This document shows, in pieces, positions 1 to 7,531 of a stretch of DNA of 64,000 bases. Within the stretch, counting starts at the first letter, position 1. The number at the start of each line of letters is the position of its first letter. The stretch comes from an uncultured Alphaproteobacteria bacterium (lineage in GTDB: Bacteria > Pseudomonadota > Alphaproteobacteria > RF32 > CAG-239): assembly GCA_944392265.1 (NCBI GenBank), contig CALXWC010000006.1, positions 133 through 64,132 on the forward strand, given 5' to 3'. A model generated the notes under the pieces. The model made no database searches and was not told the DNA's origin. It worked only from the letters and a program-made list of their open reading frames with translations. A program made the translations under genes and the position numbers.

Positions 1-141
1 TTTTACATCATCTGCCGTACCCATTAAAACAATTTTATGAACTTCCTCATCACTGATTTGAGGTACTGTGTTTTGAGCATAACTTACCCCTGCATAAAAA
101 AACACAACAAGTGCGAAGAATAATTTCATTAATCTTTTCAT
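1..141 (-). CDS. hypothetical secreted protein, N-terminal fragment (gene runs off window start)
   Basis: Reverse-strand ATG at 141-139 reads MKRLMKLFFALVVFFYAGVSYAQNTVPQISDEEVHKIVLMGTADDVK with no stop down to base 1. The basic then hydrophobic N-terminus resembles a Sec signal peptide. It is absent from the ORF track because it is truncated. Confidence 0.4.
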   Translation of the reverse strand, partial: MKRLMKLFFALVVFFYAGVSYAQNTVPQISDEEVHKIVLMGTADDVK

Positions 142-311
142 ATTTTCCCTTCCCTAATTTGCGTGAACTTGTTTACTGTTTTCCATCAATAATTTTAAAT
201 TTATCTCCTATCTTATTAAAATTTCATTTAAAAAAAATCGCTTTGATTATAAAACATTTTTATGTATGCTAAAGAAAATCAATAATTTTTAACAAAAAGC
301 ACAGGTTTTCA

Positions 312-935
312 ATGAAATTCACACCAATCGATATAAACAACTGGAACCGAATAGAATATTTTGAACATTATCATAAAAACATTCCTTGCACCTATAGCAT
401 GACGGTCAAGTTAGATATTACAGAGATAAATAGTAAAAACAAAAATTTATATTCCACCCTGCTCTTTTGCCTTACCCAAATCATCAATCGACATCAAGAA
501 TTTCGCACTTGTTTTAACTCTGAAGGCACATTGGGCTTTTTTGATGAAATGATACCGAGCTACACGGTCTTTAACCCGGAAACAGAAACTTTTACCAGCC
601 TATGGACAAGCGGAACCCAAGATTATGACACGTTTTATCAAGCATATAAAAAAGATGTTGCAACATTTGGCAAAAATCAAGGTCTGATTGGCAAGCCTGA
701 TATGCCGGAAAATGTTTTCAATGTATCAATGATTCCTTGGGCAAGTTTTGATGCTTTTAACCTCAATCTGCAAAAAGGTTATGACTATTTATTGCCGATT
801 TTTACCTTTGGAAAATATTATAAAGAAAATGATAAATATTGGCTGCCTTTAAGCATTCAAGTTCATCACGCGGTGTGTGATGGCTTTCACACCTGCCGAT
901 TGATTAACGAATTGCAAGAAATGCTCAAGGCTTAA
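312..935 (+). CDS. cat: type A chloramphenicol O-acetyltransferase
   Basis: 207 aa. The N-terminus MKFTPIDINNWNRIEYFEHY and the C-terminal catalytic motif VHHAVCDGFH are classic CAT (CatA-type) signatures, and the length is typical. Confidence 0.9.
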   Translation: MKFTPIDINNWNRIEYFEHYHKNIPCTYSMTVKLDITEINSKNKNLYSTLLFCLTQIINRHQEFRTCFNSEGTLGFFDEMIPSYTVFNPETETFTSLWTSGTQDYDTFYQAYKKDVATFGKNQGLIGKPDMPENVFNVSMIPWASFDAFNLNLQKGYDYLLPIFTFGKYYKENDKYWLPLSIQVHHAVCDGFHTCRLINELQEMLKA

Positions 936-946
936 TTGCAAACAAG

Positions 947-981
947 TTGACAAAACTTTCAAAACACTATATTTTTGTCTA
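947..981 (+). promoter_or_regulatory. sigma70-like promoter, copy A of a duplicated promoter/leader cassette
   Basis: TTGACA at 947-952, then TATATT (spacer 15) or TATTTT (spacer 17). 31 of 35 nt match 2154-2188. It lies exactly 73 nt upstream of the ATG at 1020. Confidence 0.55.
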
Positions 982-1019
982 CAGAACAAAATATAATTGT
1001 AACTAAAAAAATAACTATT

Positions 1020-1592
1020 ATGAAAGCATTAAAACAACTATTTTCTTCTGAAAAACGCCGTGAAGAAATGAAAAATTTCAAAGCTCAATGCGAAGTGCTT
1101 GAAACAAAAGTTTCTGCTTTTCTTCAAAACAAGAGCAAAGATATCCCATCAGGAAAACTTGCCATTAGAAATTTACAACACCCTATCTTAAATAAAGATG
1201 ATGCAGTTGCTTTTTTTGGCGAGTTTCTGGGAGAAGAAGTAAACAAGCATCTGGTCGCTTTAGTAAAGCTTGAGGAACAATATTCTCCTCAAAAAAACAA
1301 AATGCTGTGCTGGACTTATAAAAACTTCTTTATCCGCCTCACTGACAAAAAAGAGTATGGATACTTTGCTGATAGAATGTTCTCAAAGCTTGTCATAACC
1401 GACGAAGTTTTCAGCATTCCGGTTGCGCCTTTCACGAACTTAAAAATAAAAGTCCGTAATGAAGAAATTTTCCCTATAGACATCGTTTCTGACGAACGGG
1501 GAAAGCAAGAACGCATCAAAAAGACATTGCAAGTCTACGCAACAAAAAAGCCTTTGAGCAAAGTGCTTGAAGACATAAAATGTCTTTCCTAA
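1020..1592 (+). CDS. hypothetical protein
   Basis: The ORF track gives 975..1592 from a TTG that lies inside the promoter/leader repeat. The first ATG (1020, MKALKQLFSS) is more plausible. I recognise no motif. A hairpin terminator follows. Confidence 0.55.
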   Translation: MKALKQLFSSEKRREEMKNFKAQCEVLETKVSAFLQNKSKDIPSGKLAIRNLQHPILNKDDAVAFFGEFLGEEVNKHLVALVKLEEQYSPQKNKMLCWTYKNFFIRLTDKKEYGYFADRMFSKLVITDEVFSIPVAPFTNLKIKVRNEEIFPIDIVSDERGKQERIKKTLQVYATKKPLSKVLEDIKCLS

Positions 1593-1627
1593 AAAAAAGC
1601 GAGGTGAATTCACCCCGCTTTTTTTGT
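1592..1627 (+). terminator. rho-independent terminator
   Basis: aaaaaaaGCGAGGTGaattCACCCCGCttttttt: GC-rich stem with one mismatch, followed by a T-run, immediately after the stop codon. Confidence 0.7.
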
Positions 1628-1666
1628 GATGATAAAGACTGCCTGAAAGCAATCTGAAAATTAGCC

Positions 1667-2044
1667 TTAACAATGCCGAACAGACTTCTTAGCAAAATAA
1701 ATTTGGCAGATTTTCATAAAAGCCCAATCATTTGCAATTCTGATATTAACATAATCGCCATCTGAATATTGATAAAAAATCCACGTTCTTATTGCTATAA
1801 ATCTTTCGTAAAGAAAATCATTTCCATGCTTTTTCATGCATATAAACTGGATAAATCCGATAATCCATGCCCAAAAAGGCAAGACCCAATATCCGGCTTT
1901 TTCTTTATAAATAAGTTTACAGCGCCACAAAATAAATTTTACATATCCGTTATAAAGCAGAGCTACAACAAACGGCACAACAAATAATGTTGCAAAAAAT
2001 AATAAAACGTTTTCCATAAGGCATAAATTTAAATTATAAGACAT
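1667..2044 (-). CDS. hypothetical membrane protein
   Basis: 125 aa with at least two long hydrophobic, Trp/Phe-rich segments (LLFFATLFVVPFVVALL, WVLPFWAWIIGFIQFI). No recognisable family. Confidence 0.45.
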   Translation of the reverse strand: MSYNLNLCLMENVLLFFATLFVVPFVVALLYNGYVKFILWRCKLIYKEKAGYWVLPFWAWIIGFIQFICMKKHGNDFLYERFIAIRTWIFYQYSDGDYVNIRIANDWAFMKICQIYFAKKSVRHC

Positions 2045-2153
2045 AATTACAAAATATTATCCCTATAGTACTAAATTCACATTCAAAAAGTCAATGAAAA
2101 GTTCCTCATATATTTTCTATTACAAAAACATTCAACTTTTAATTTTGCATATA

Positions 2154-2188
2154 TTGACAAAACTTTCAAAGTGTTATATTTTTGTCTA
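2154..2188 (+). promoter_or_regulatory. sigma70-like promoter, copy B of the duplicated promoter/leader cassette
   Basis: TTGACA at 2154-2159 with the same spacing and -10 region as copy A. It is also exactly 73 nt upstream of its ATG (2227). Confidence 0.55.
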
Positions 2189-2226
2189 TAAGAAAATATA
2201 ATTATAAACTTAAAAATTATTTTTAT

Positions 2227-2421
2227 ATGAAACAGTTTTTTTTAGAATTTATCGGCCTAGCTATTGTTGGGATTGTTTTATCGTATATTGTTACTTTGCT
2301 TATATCCAAAGACATGGTAACATGGCAAACAATAGTCTATCCTCCTTTAATAATCTCTGCAGTTTATTGCATTGCTAAAGCTCTTGAAAATGGCTATGGA
2401 GAAGATGCCGTTGATGACTGA
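2227..2421 (+). CDS. small hypothetical two-helix membrane protein
   Basis: The track ORF 2182..2421 starts at a TTG inside the leader repeat; the first ATG is at 2227 (MKQFFLEFIGLAIVGIVLSYIVTLLI). Two hydrophobic helices and an acidic C-terminus. Confidence 0.45.
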   Translation: MKQFFLEFIGLAIVGIVLSYIVTLLISKDMVTWQTIVYPPLIISAVYCIAKALENGYGEDAVDD

Positions 2422-2460
2422 TTGATTGTTTTTAGTTATTAACTTAAATTCATTAAAATT

Positions 2461-3048
2461 ATGAATAAAATCGATACAATCATTTTGTTGACAACTATGA
2501 TTATTGTAGTTGTTGGTTTTATTGCTTTGTTTGTCTTTCATCGTATTAAAATTTCAAAAACAAGAAAACATATTCAAGATGAGCTAAGCGGTAAAGAAGG
2601 CGTTTATGACGGTCCGTCAGGAGAACCTCTGTGGAACGGAAAACTTCCTGAAAAAGTGTATAATTACACCGAGCCGCGCTATGTTTATGAAAATTTGGTT
2701 GAAACGACGGAATTTCAACCCCAAAACGGACGCATTATCGGTTATAGAATTTCTCCAAGTTTGGTCATTCATTCACGCGTGCAACTAATTAAACCATCTT
2801 CGGTTGCGCTCTACCGTGATCGCTTTGGCGGAAAATTATTGGAATTTTCTGATGTCAAGGCACTTGTATCTGCTTGGCAAGAAGTTTCAAAATTACGAGT
2901 TACAGCGGGAGACACTCCTCTGAATGCTAAATTCATTTATGCCACTCGACGAGGCACATTGGTTATCTGCAAAATTAATAACATGACTTGGGAAGAAGCT
3001 TCTAACCTACCCAATCTTGATGTATGTTTTTTAATTTTGAAACGCTAA
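2461..3048 (+). CDS. hypothetical protein with N-terminal transmembrane anchor
   Basis: 195 aa. N-terminal TIILLTTMIIVVVGFIALFVF followed by a soluble domain. No family recognised. A terminator follows. Confidence 0.5.
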   Translation: MNKIDTIILLTTMIIVVVGFIALFVFHRIKISKTRKHIQDELSGKEGVYDGPSGEPLWNGKLPEKVYNYTEPRYVYENLVETTEFQPQNGRIIGYRISPSLVIHSRVQLIKPSSVALYRDRFGGKLLEFSDVKALVSAWQEVSKLRVTAGDTPLNAKFIYATRRGTLVICKINNMTWEEASNLPNLDVCFLILKR

Positions 3049-3055
3049 TAAATTG

Positions 3056-3091
3056 AAAGTCTTGTATATTCTTGTACAAGGCTTTTTTTTG
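3056..3091 (+). terminator. rho-independent terminator
   Basis: GTCTTGTA..TACAAGGC stem followed by an 8-T run just after the stop at 3048. Confidence 0.6.
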
Positions 3092-3313
3092 ATTTTAAAC
3101 TTAATAAAATCTAAAGACTCCATATTCAATAAACAAAATTTTTCAAAATTTGCATTAAAAATTGAAAAAAATTAAACATTTTCTACTTTTTTTATCATAT
3201 TTTTCAGAGTTTTCCTATCTTTTGCAATAATATAGACATAATTAATTGACAAACATCATCAGTCATATAATCTGAAAATTGCGACTCAAGAAAATTTTTA
3301 AAGGAGAATAAAA

Positions 3314-4690
3314 ATGGCTAACGAATTAAATGAAGAAGCATTACAAGAAGAAATAAACGAACAAGAAGAATATCTTGAAGAAGAGGCTGGAAATGAAAAC
3401 GAACAACAAGAAAAAAATGAAAAAAAAGTTCGTATAACAATTCAAAAGCCTAATTTGTTTTTAGATGAAAATGAATACAAACAACGCCTTGTTACTGCAA
3501 TAAAAGAAAATAATGCCAGCTGGGTTCAAAATATCTCCTCACAACTTGAGACGCAAAATATGGGAAGTGTGACCCCAGAAGCCATTGATGATTATATATA
3601 CAAAACCAATATTCAAGAAATAACCTCTACTTCAAGAAACGCATTTGTAAACGGTGATTTAGAGACCGGTTACAATCAACTTTTGAAGTTTTGCTTATTT
3701 AATCCGGCAGAAGAAGCATATATGCAATACACTGAAGGTGATAATTTAAGTCAAAAAATTCCAACATATGTCACACAAAGATTGGGAAATTTGCCAAGTT
3801 TCAAAGGTGTTGTTGATCTTGGAAACTGCGTCTATGACATAATGGTAAATGACGGCGACGTCTATCAGGCTAACTTAAGCTACACAAAATTATGCCAAAT
3901 AGAAGATCAATATTCTGATGAAGAAAAAGCAAAATTAAACTTTATTGCTTCAAAAATGTTTCTAAATATCAGTGAGCTGAAAGGTAAAGGTTTGGCTGGT
4001 TTAAACGCACAAGGAAACGAACTTGAATGCTTAAACAAGGTCTTAAATTACACTTCAGATTATAATCTGATTGTTTACAGCCAAAAAAGATTATCACCCA
4101 AAAATGATAAACTTGTGGTCAGAGCATATAAACACGCTTTAGAAAACAATAACGAACCACAAAATTTATACAATATTTGCATGGCTTTGTCTGATATTTA
4201 TGCCAGAAGAGGAAGAGCAATCGGCTTTGTATACGAAGGCGGAGAAAAGAGTTTATCTTTACAAAAAGCTCAAAGATATTTGATGAATGCATATAGATAT
4301 GCATCTCCGGATAATAGATTAAACGTATTAAAGAAACTATCTTCCTTGCAACTTGAAGACGGTAACACAAAAGGATGGGAAAACACCAAAACCGTTATTG
4401 CCTATAAGTTCCTGAAAGGTGAAGAACGTTGCTTTGCGCTCAACGCCATCGGAGACAAAGTAAAAAATGTTCAATATTACCAAATGGCTCTTGAAGAATG
4501 CGATAAAGCATCTTTACCTGAACCTAATAAACGTAATATTAAAGAAATCACCTATGGCAAAATGATAAAATTAATGCCGGAAGGACAAGAAAAACAACAA
4601 GCAATTCAAACGTTAAATAAACTCAGAAAAGAAAATATGCTCGAATTTAACAGTTTGTTGCTCTTATTAGGTAATGATAAACAAAAATAA
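3314..4690 (+). CDS. hypothetical protein, acidic N-terminus
   Basis: 458 aa. AGGAG RBS 5-6 nt upstream of the ATG. The first ~35 aa are E/N/Q-rich and the remainder looks helical. No family recognised. Confidence 0.6.
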   Translation: MANELNEEALQEEINEQEEYLEEEAGNENEQQEKNEKKVRITIQKPNLFLDENEYKQRLVTAIKENNASWVQNISSQLETQNMGSVTPEAIDDYIYKTNIQEITSTSRNAFVNGDLETGYNQLLKFCLFNPAEEAYMQYTEGDNLSQKIPTYVTQRLGNLPSFKGVVDLGNCVYDIMVNDGDVYQANLSYTKLCQIEDQYSDEEKAKLNFIASKMFLNISELKGKGLAGLNAQGNELECLNKVLNYTSDYNLIVYSQKRLSPKNDKLVVRAYKHALENNNEPQNLYNICMALSDIYARRGRAIGFVYEGGEKSLSLQKAQRYLMNAYRYASPDNRLNVLKKLSSLQLEDGNTKGWENTKTVIAYKFLKGEERCFALNAIGDKVKNVQYYQMALEECDKASLPEPNKRNIKEITYGKMIKLMPEGQEKQQAIQTLNKLRKENMLEFNSLLLLLGNDKQK

Positions 4691-4708
4691 AATTATTGAT
4701 TAACTTGT

Positions 4709-4746
4709 AAAAGCCGTTATAAAAAATAACGGCTTTTATTTTTTTA
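4709..4746 (+). terminator. rho-independent terminator
   Basis: AAAAGCCGTTATaaaaaATAACGGCTTTT followed by a T-rich tract. Confidence 0.75.
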
Positions 4747-4755
4747 GGGGAAATC

Positions 4756-5241
4756 ATGTTAAAAAATTTATTTGCAAAAACAAACAACAAATTACAAAAC
4801 TGGCTGCAATATATGAAGAAAAAAGTATGGCTTCCGATGCAAAGAAAATATAAATCGCCGCACTATCTGGCCCGCTCAAATGCTATTGGTATGGGCTTGG
4901 CCTTTGCACCCTTCCCCGGACAAATTCCTGTTGTTGTTGCTCTATGGATGATATGCAAAAGAACCAATTTTCGTTTTAGTTTATCAATTTCCGTTGCGTG
5001 GACATTTATCTCTAACGTGTTTACAAATCTCCCATTATTTTATCTTTATTACATAACCGGAAACCTGTTGTTAGGCGCAGAAAACAATTTATCTTATAAT
5101 CAGTGGCAAAATATGTTTGGGCAAAATTTTGAAGAAGCCATAAAAGTTCTTGGCAGCAGATTTTTACTCGGAAGCTTATTTTATATGATTATATTTGGTT
5201 GCTTGGGATATTTCTTAGCTTTAAGAAAACAAAAAAACTAA
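4756..5241 (+). CDS. DUF2062-like membrane protein
   Basis: 161 aa. RSNAIGMGLAFAPFPGQIPVVVAL and the following hydrophobic segments resemble the DUF2062 family pattern. This is recalled from memory, not searched. Confidence 0.45.
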   Translation: MLKNLFAKTNNKLQNWLQYMKKKVWLPMQRKYKSPHYLARSNAIGMGLAFAPFPGQIPVVVALWMICKRTNFRFSLSISVAWTFISNVFTNLPLFYLYYITGNLLLGAENNLSYNQWQNMFGQNFEEAIKVLGSRFLLGSLFYMIIFGCLGYFLALRKQKN

Positions 5242-5879
5242 AAGCTTGTCTTGTCTTCCAACTTATCATAACGTTTATGAATACATTGAATGGCGGTTTT
5301 GTGCACACCTTGCGTAATGTCATAATAAACAAAGCGCCCCTCTTTTCTTGAAGAAAGGAAACCATCTTCTTTCAAACGCTTAAGATACTGAGAAACTTTG
5401 AGCTGTTCACTATCAATTCCTTTAATAATATCAGACACATTGCTCTCGCCATTAAGCGTTAAAAACTCCAAAATTCGCATCTTATCAAAATTAGCAAAAA
5501 GCTTAATTCTGTTTGCTACCATCAGCGTAAAATCTTTGGGCAATAATGCTTTTTCGGAAAGATAATAAAAACTGTCTGTCATATAGGCAAAAAGCTTGCG
5601 AATACATTCAAAAATACTAGCCGGATATTCTTCATATATTTCATAATAAACAAAGATTCCTTTGCGTTTGGTTTTAACCAAATTTGCATCACGCAATTTT
5701 TTTAGGCTTTGAGAAACAAAGATTTGTTCTTCATTCAAGCTCTTAGCCAAAGCAGAAACGGAAGTTGGCCCATAGACATCCAAATATTCCAATATTCGCA
5801 AACGCAACGGATGAGAAATATATCCAATCCCGCGTACAGCTTTTTTCATAATCTCTATGGGCAACTGTTTTTCCGTCAT
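5238..5879 (-). CDS. ArsR/SmtB-family regulator with two tandem winged-HTH domains
   Basis: Two internally similar halves: HPLRLRILEYL..VSALAKSL..VSQSLKKLRDANLV..KGIFVYYEI and DKMRILEFL..VSDIIKGI..VSQYLKRLKEDGFL..EGRFVYYDI. Confidence 0.7.
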   Translation of the reverse strand: MTEKQLPIEIMKKAVRGIGYISHPLRLRILEYLDVYGPTSVSALAKSLNEEQIFVSQSLKKLRDANLVKTKRKGIFVYYEIYEEYPASIFECIRKLFAYMTDSFYYLSEKALLPKDFTLMVANRIKLFANFDKMRILEFLTLNGESNVSDIIKGIDSEQLKVSQYLKRLKEDGFLSSRKEGRFVYYDITQGVHKTAIQCIHKRYDKLEDKTSF

Positions 5880-5894
5880 CTGTCAAACTCTCGT

Positions 5895-6257
5895 TTATTT
5901 TAAATAAGGTTTTACCAAAGTATCAAACTTTTTCTCATAGGCTTCTGACCAGCCCATCATATAATCATCGCCAAAGGCAAACAGTGGCGTTCCGACCATT
6001 TGACCCAGATTATATTTTTTAGCAGCCTTAAATAAAAGCTTGTAACCATCCGGTGTTTGAACATTTATCTTTTCCATTTGCAAATCCGGATATTTTTTAT
6101 TGATATAATCTTGAGCATGATGGCAATGCGGACAATAATCAGAATAGAAAAAATAGATTTTATTATTAGCAATTTCAGAATCAATTTTTGCAGCCTTTAA
6201 TTCAAGTCCAACAAAAACACACAAAGCTAAAACCAATAAACCGATAATTTTTTTCAT
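5895..6257 (-). CDS. secreted thioredoxin-fold oxidoreductase (CPHC active site)
   Basis: 120 aa. Signal peptide MKKIIGLLVLALCVFVGLELKA. YCPHCHH is a DsbA-type CxxC motif in a glutaredoxin-sized fold. Confidence 0.6.
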   Translation of the reverse strand: MKKIIGLLVLALCVFVGLELKAAKIDSEIANNKIYFFYSDYCPHCHHAQDYINKKYPDLQMEKINVQTPDGYKLLFKAAKKYNLGQMVGTPLFAFGDDYMMGWSEAYEKKFDTLVKPYLK

Positions 6258-6267
6258 AGTCTTTATC

Positions 6268-6846
6268 CTATTCTATGCAACAATCGACTGCTTTTCTCAC
6301 AAAAGCTTTCATTTTTGCCAAGGTTCCTGTTTTTTCTTCTTGAGGTTGAGCCACAACTTCTGCGGATTCTTCAATTTTTTTGGAAAGCTTTTTAATATCC
6401 TCTGTTTTATCTTCCAACCATTTAACATCATCCACATTGAGCATATTCATATTCAAGCCCCAGAATAAACAATACAATTCATAAGCTTGGTCAAATAATT
6501 TATAAGCTTCTTTAGGATGATTAAGAGATTGTTGCTTTGTTCCAACTTCCATCAAGCGCATGGATGAAGCCAATAAATGCTTTGAAATGCACCATACTTC
6601 TCCCTCATATGCCGGAATAACTTTTTGCATTAATTCTTTACGCATTTCTCTAATATTTTGAATCAAATCATAAAAAGAAGTTTTACCAGTTTTTGCGCCG
6701 GAAAATACCAAATGTTCTTCAATGCTGATAAGATTCATAATTGCAATAGTCAAATCTTGATCTGAAGACAAATCTTTAGGGTTAACTTTTTTAGAACTGT
6801 CAATTTTTTCAACAAATTCTTTAACGCTTTCAATTTTTTTCATCAC
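6268..6846 (-). CDS. hypothetical protein ending in DCCIE
   Basis: 192 aa, helical and cytoplasmic-looking, with a C-terminal vicinal Cys pair. First gene of the apparent operon 6846 to 5238. Confidence 0.5.
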   Translation of the reverse strand: MMKKIESVKEFVEKIDSSKKVNPKDLSSDQDLTIAIMNLISIEEHLVFSGAKTGKTSFYDLIQNIREMRKELMQKVIPAYEGEVWCISKHLLASSMRLMEVGTKQQSLNHPKEAYKLFDQAYELYCLFWGLNMNMLNVDDVKWLEDKTEDIKKLSKKIEESAEVVAQPQEEKTGTLAKMKAFVRKAVDCCIE

Positions 6847-6874
6847 ACTTCTCCAAATAGTAAATCTTACACAT

Positions 6875-6904
6875 ATTATATTTGTAATATATAAAAATTG
6901 TCAA
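6875..6904 (-). promoter_or_regulatory. sigma70-like promoter for the 6846-5238 operon
   Basis: The reverse strand reads TTGACA (6904-6899), an 18-nt spacer, then TATAAT (6880-6875), about 30 nt upstream of the ATG at 6846. Confidence 0.5.
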
Positions 6905-6934
6905 GTATTAAATTGCAATATTGAATAAATTTAC

Positions 6935-7473
6935 ACATAAAAAAAAGCACCTTTTCCAAGGTGCTTTTCTTAAAACTGGGGCGAACGATCGGGCTGGAGA
7001 AAAAAATAATTTCCGGTGGAAATTATTTTGACGACAGGCGCAGATTTGTTAGCTTTAAGGAACGCGACAGCGCATCCGAAAAAGCGTTACAAATCAAGTG
7101 ACCGCAGCGAGTTAGAGTTTTTTTTGTAAAACTCTTACGAGCCAGACGAACCTTGGTTCGAGCCCGTCTCTGATACATAAAAAAAGCACCTTTTCTAAGG
7201 TGCTTTTCTTAAAACTGGGGCGAACGATCGGGCTGGAGGAAAAAATAATTTCCGGTGGAAATTATTTTGACGACAGGCGCAGATTTGTTAGCTTTAAGGA
7301 AAGCAACAGCGCATCCGAAAAAGCGTTACAAATCAAGTGACCGCAGCGAGTTAGAGTTTTTTTGTAAAACTCTTACGAGCCAGACGAACCTTGGTTCGAG
7401 CCCGTCTCTGATACACAAAAAAAAGCACCTTTTCCAAGGTGCTTTTCTTAAAACTGGGGCGAACGATCGGGCT
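6935..7473. repeat. tandem repeat, ~2.2 copies of a ~238-240 bp unit ending inside tRNA-His
   Basis: Units start near 6935, 7175 and 7413. Each contains the hairpin AAAAGCACCTTttccAAGGTGCTTTT and the 19-nt string tggggcgaacgatcgggct (6977-6995, 7216-7234, 7455-7473). Full units add ~180 bp with further hairpins. By manual alignment, copies 1 and 2 differ by about four substitutions and two homopolymer-length changes. Confidence 0.9.
7415..7447 (-). terminator. rho-independent terminator of tRNA-His (repeated at ~6940-6970 and ~7180-7210)
   Basis: On the reverse strand, AAAAGCACCTTggaaAAGGTGCTTTT is followed by a T-run, beginning 8 nt after the tRNA CCA end. Confidence 0.8.
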
Positions 7474-7531
7474 CGAACCGACGACAACCGGTACCACAAA
7501 CCGGGGCTCTACCAACTGAGCTACGTTCGCC
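7455..7531 (-). tRNA. tRNA-His (anticodon GTG) with encoded G-1 and 3' CCA
   Basis: Manual cloverleaf on the reverse strand: G(-1) GCGAACG TA GCTC AGTTGGTA GAGC C CCGGT TTGTGGT ACCGG TTGTC GTCGG TTCGAGC CCGAT CGTTCGC C CCA. All stems pair, the anticodon loop is TT-GTG-GT, and G-1 pairs with C73. Confidence 0.93.

Noticed and set aside
3247-3272. TTGACA ... TATAAT upstream of the 3314 gene as a promoter.
   Set aside because: Both hexamers are perfect but the spacer is only 14 nt by my count, outside the functional 16-19 nt range. It is therefore not called as a feature.
6935-7473. Possible CRISPR array.
   Set aside because: The unit is ~238 bp with no short repeat/unique spacer alternation, and no cas genes are in the window.
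6977-7476. The repeat unit might encode a (two-piece) tmRNA. The plus strand starts GGGGCGAACGATCGGG like a tmRNA 5' end and has a GGTTCGAGCCC T-arm-like element near its 3' end.
   Set aside because: The GGGGCGAAC string is simply the reverse complement of the tRNA-His 3' end. No complementary TCGCCCC-ACCA acceptor strand exists on that strand. The T-arm-like element lacks a pairing 5' stem. No reading frame ends in an alanine-rich tag (ANDN...LAA/VAA type). Neither the linear nor the permuted arrangement can form an acceptor stem.
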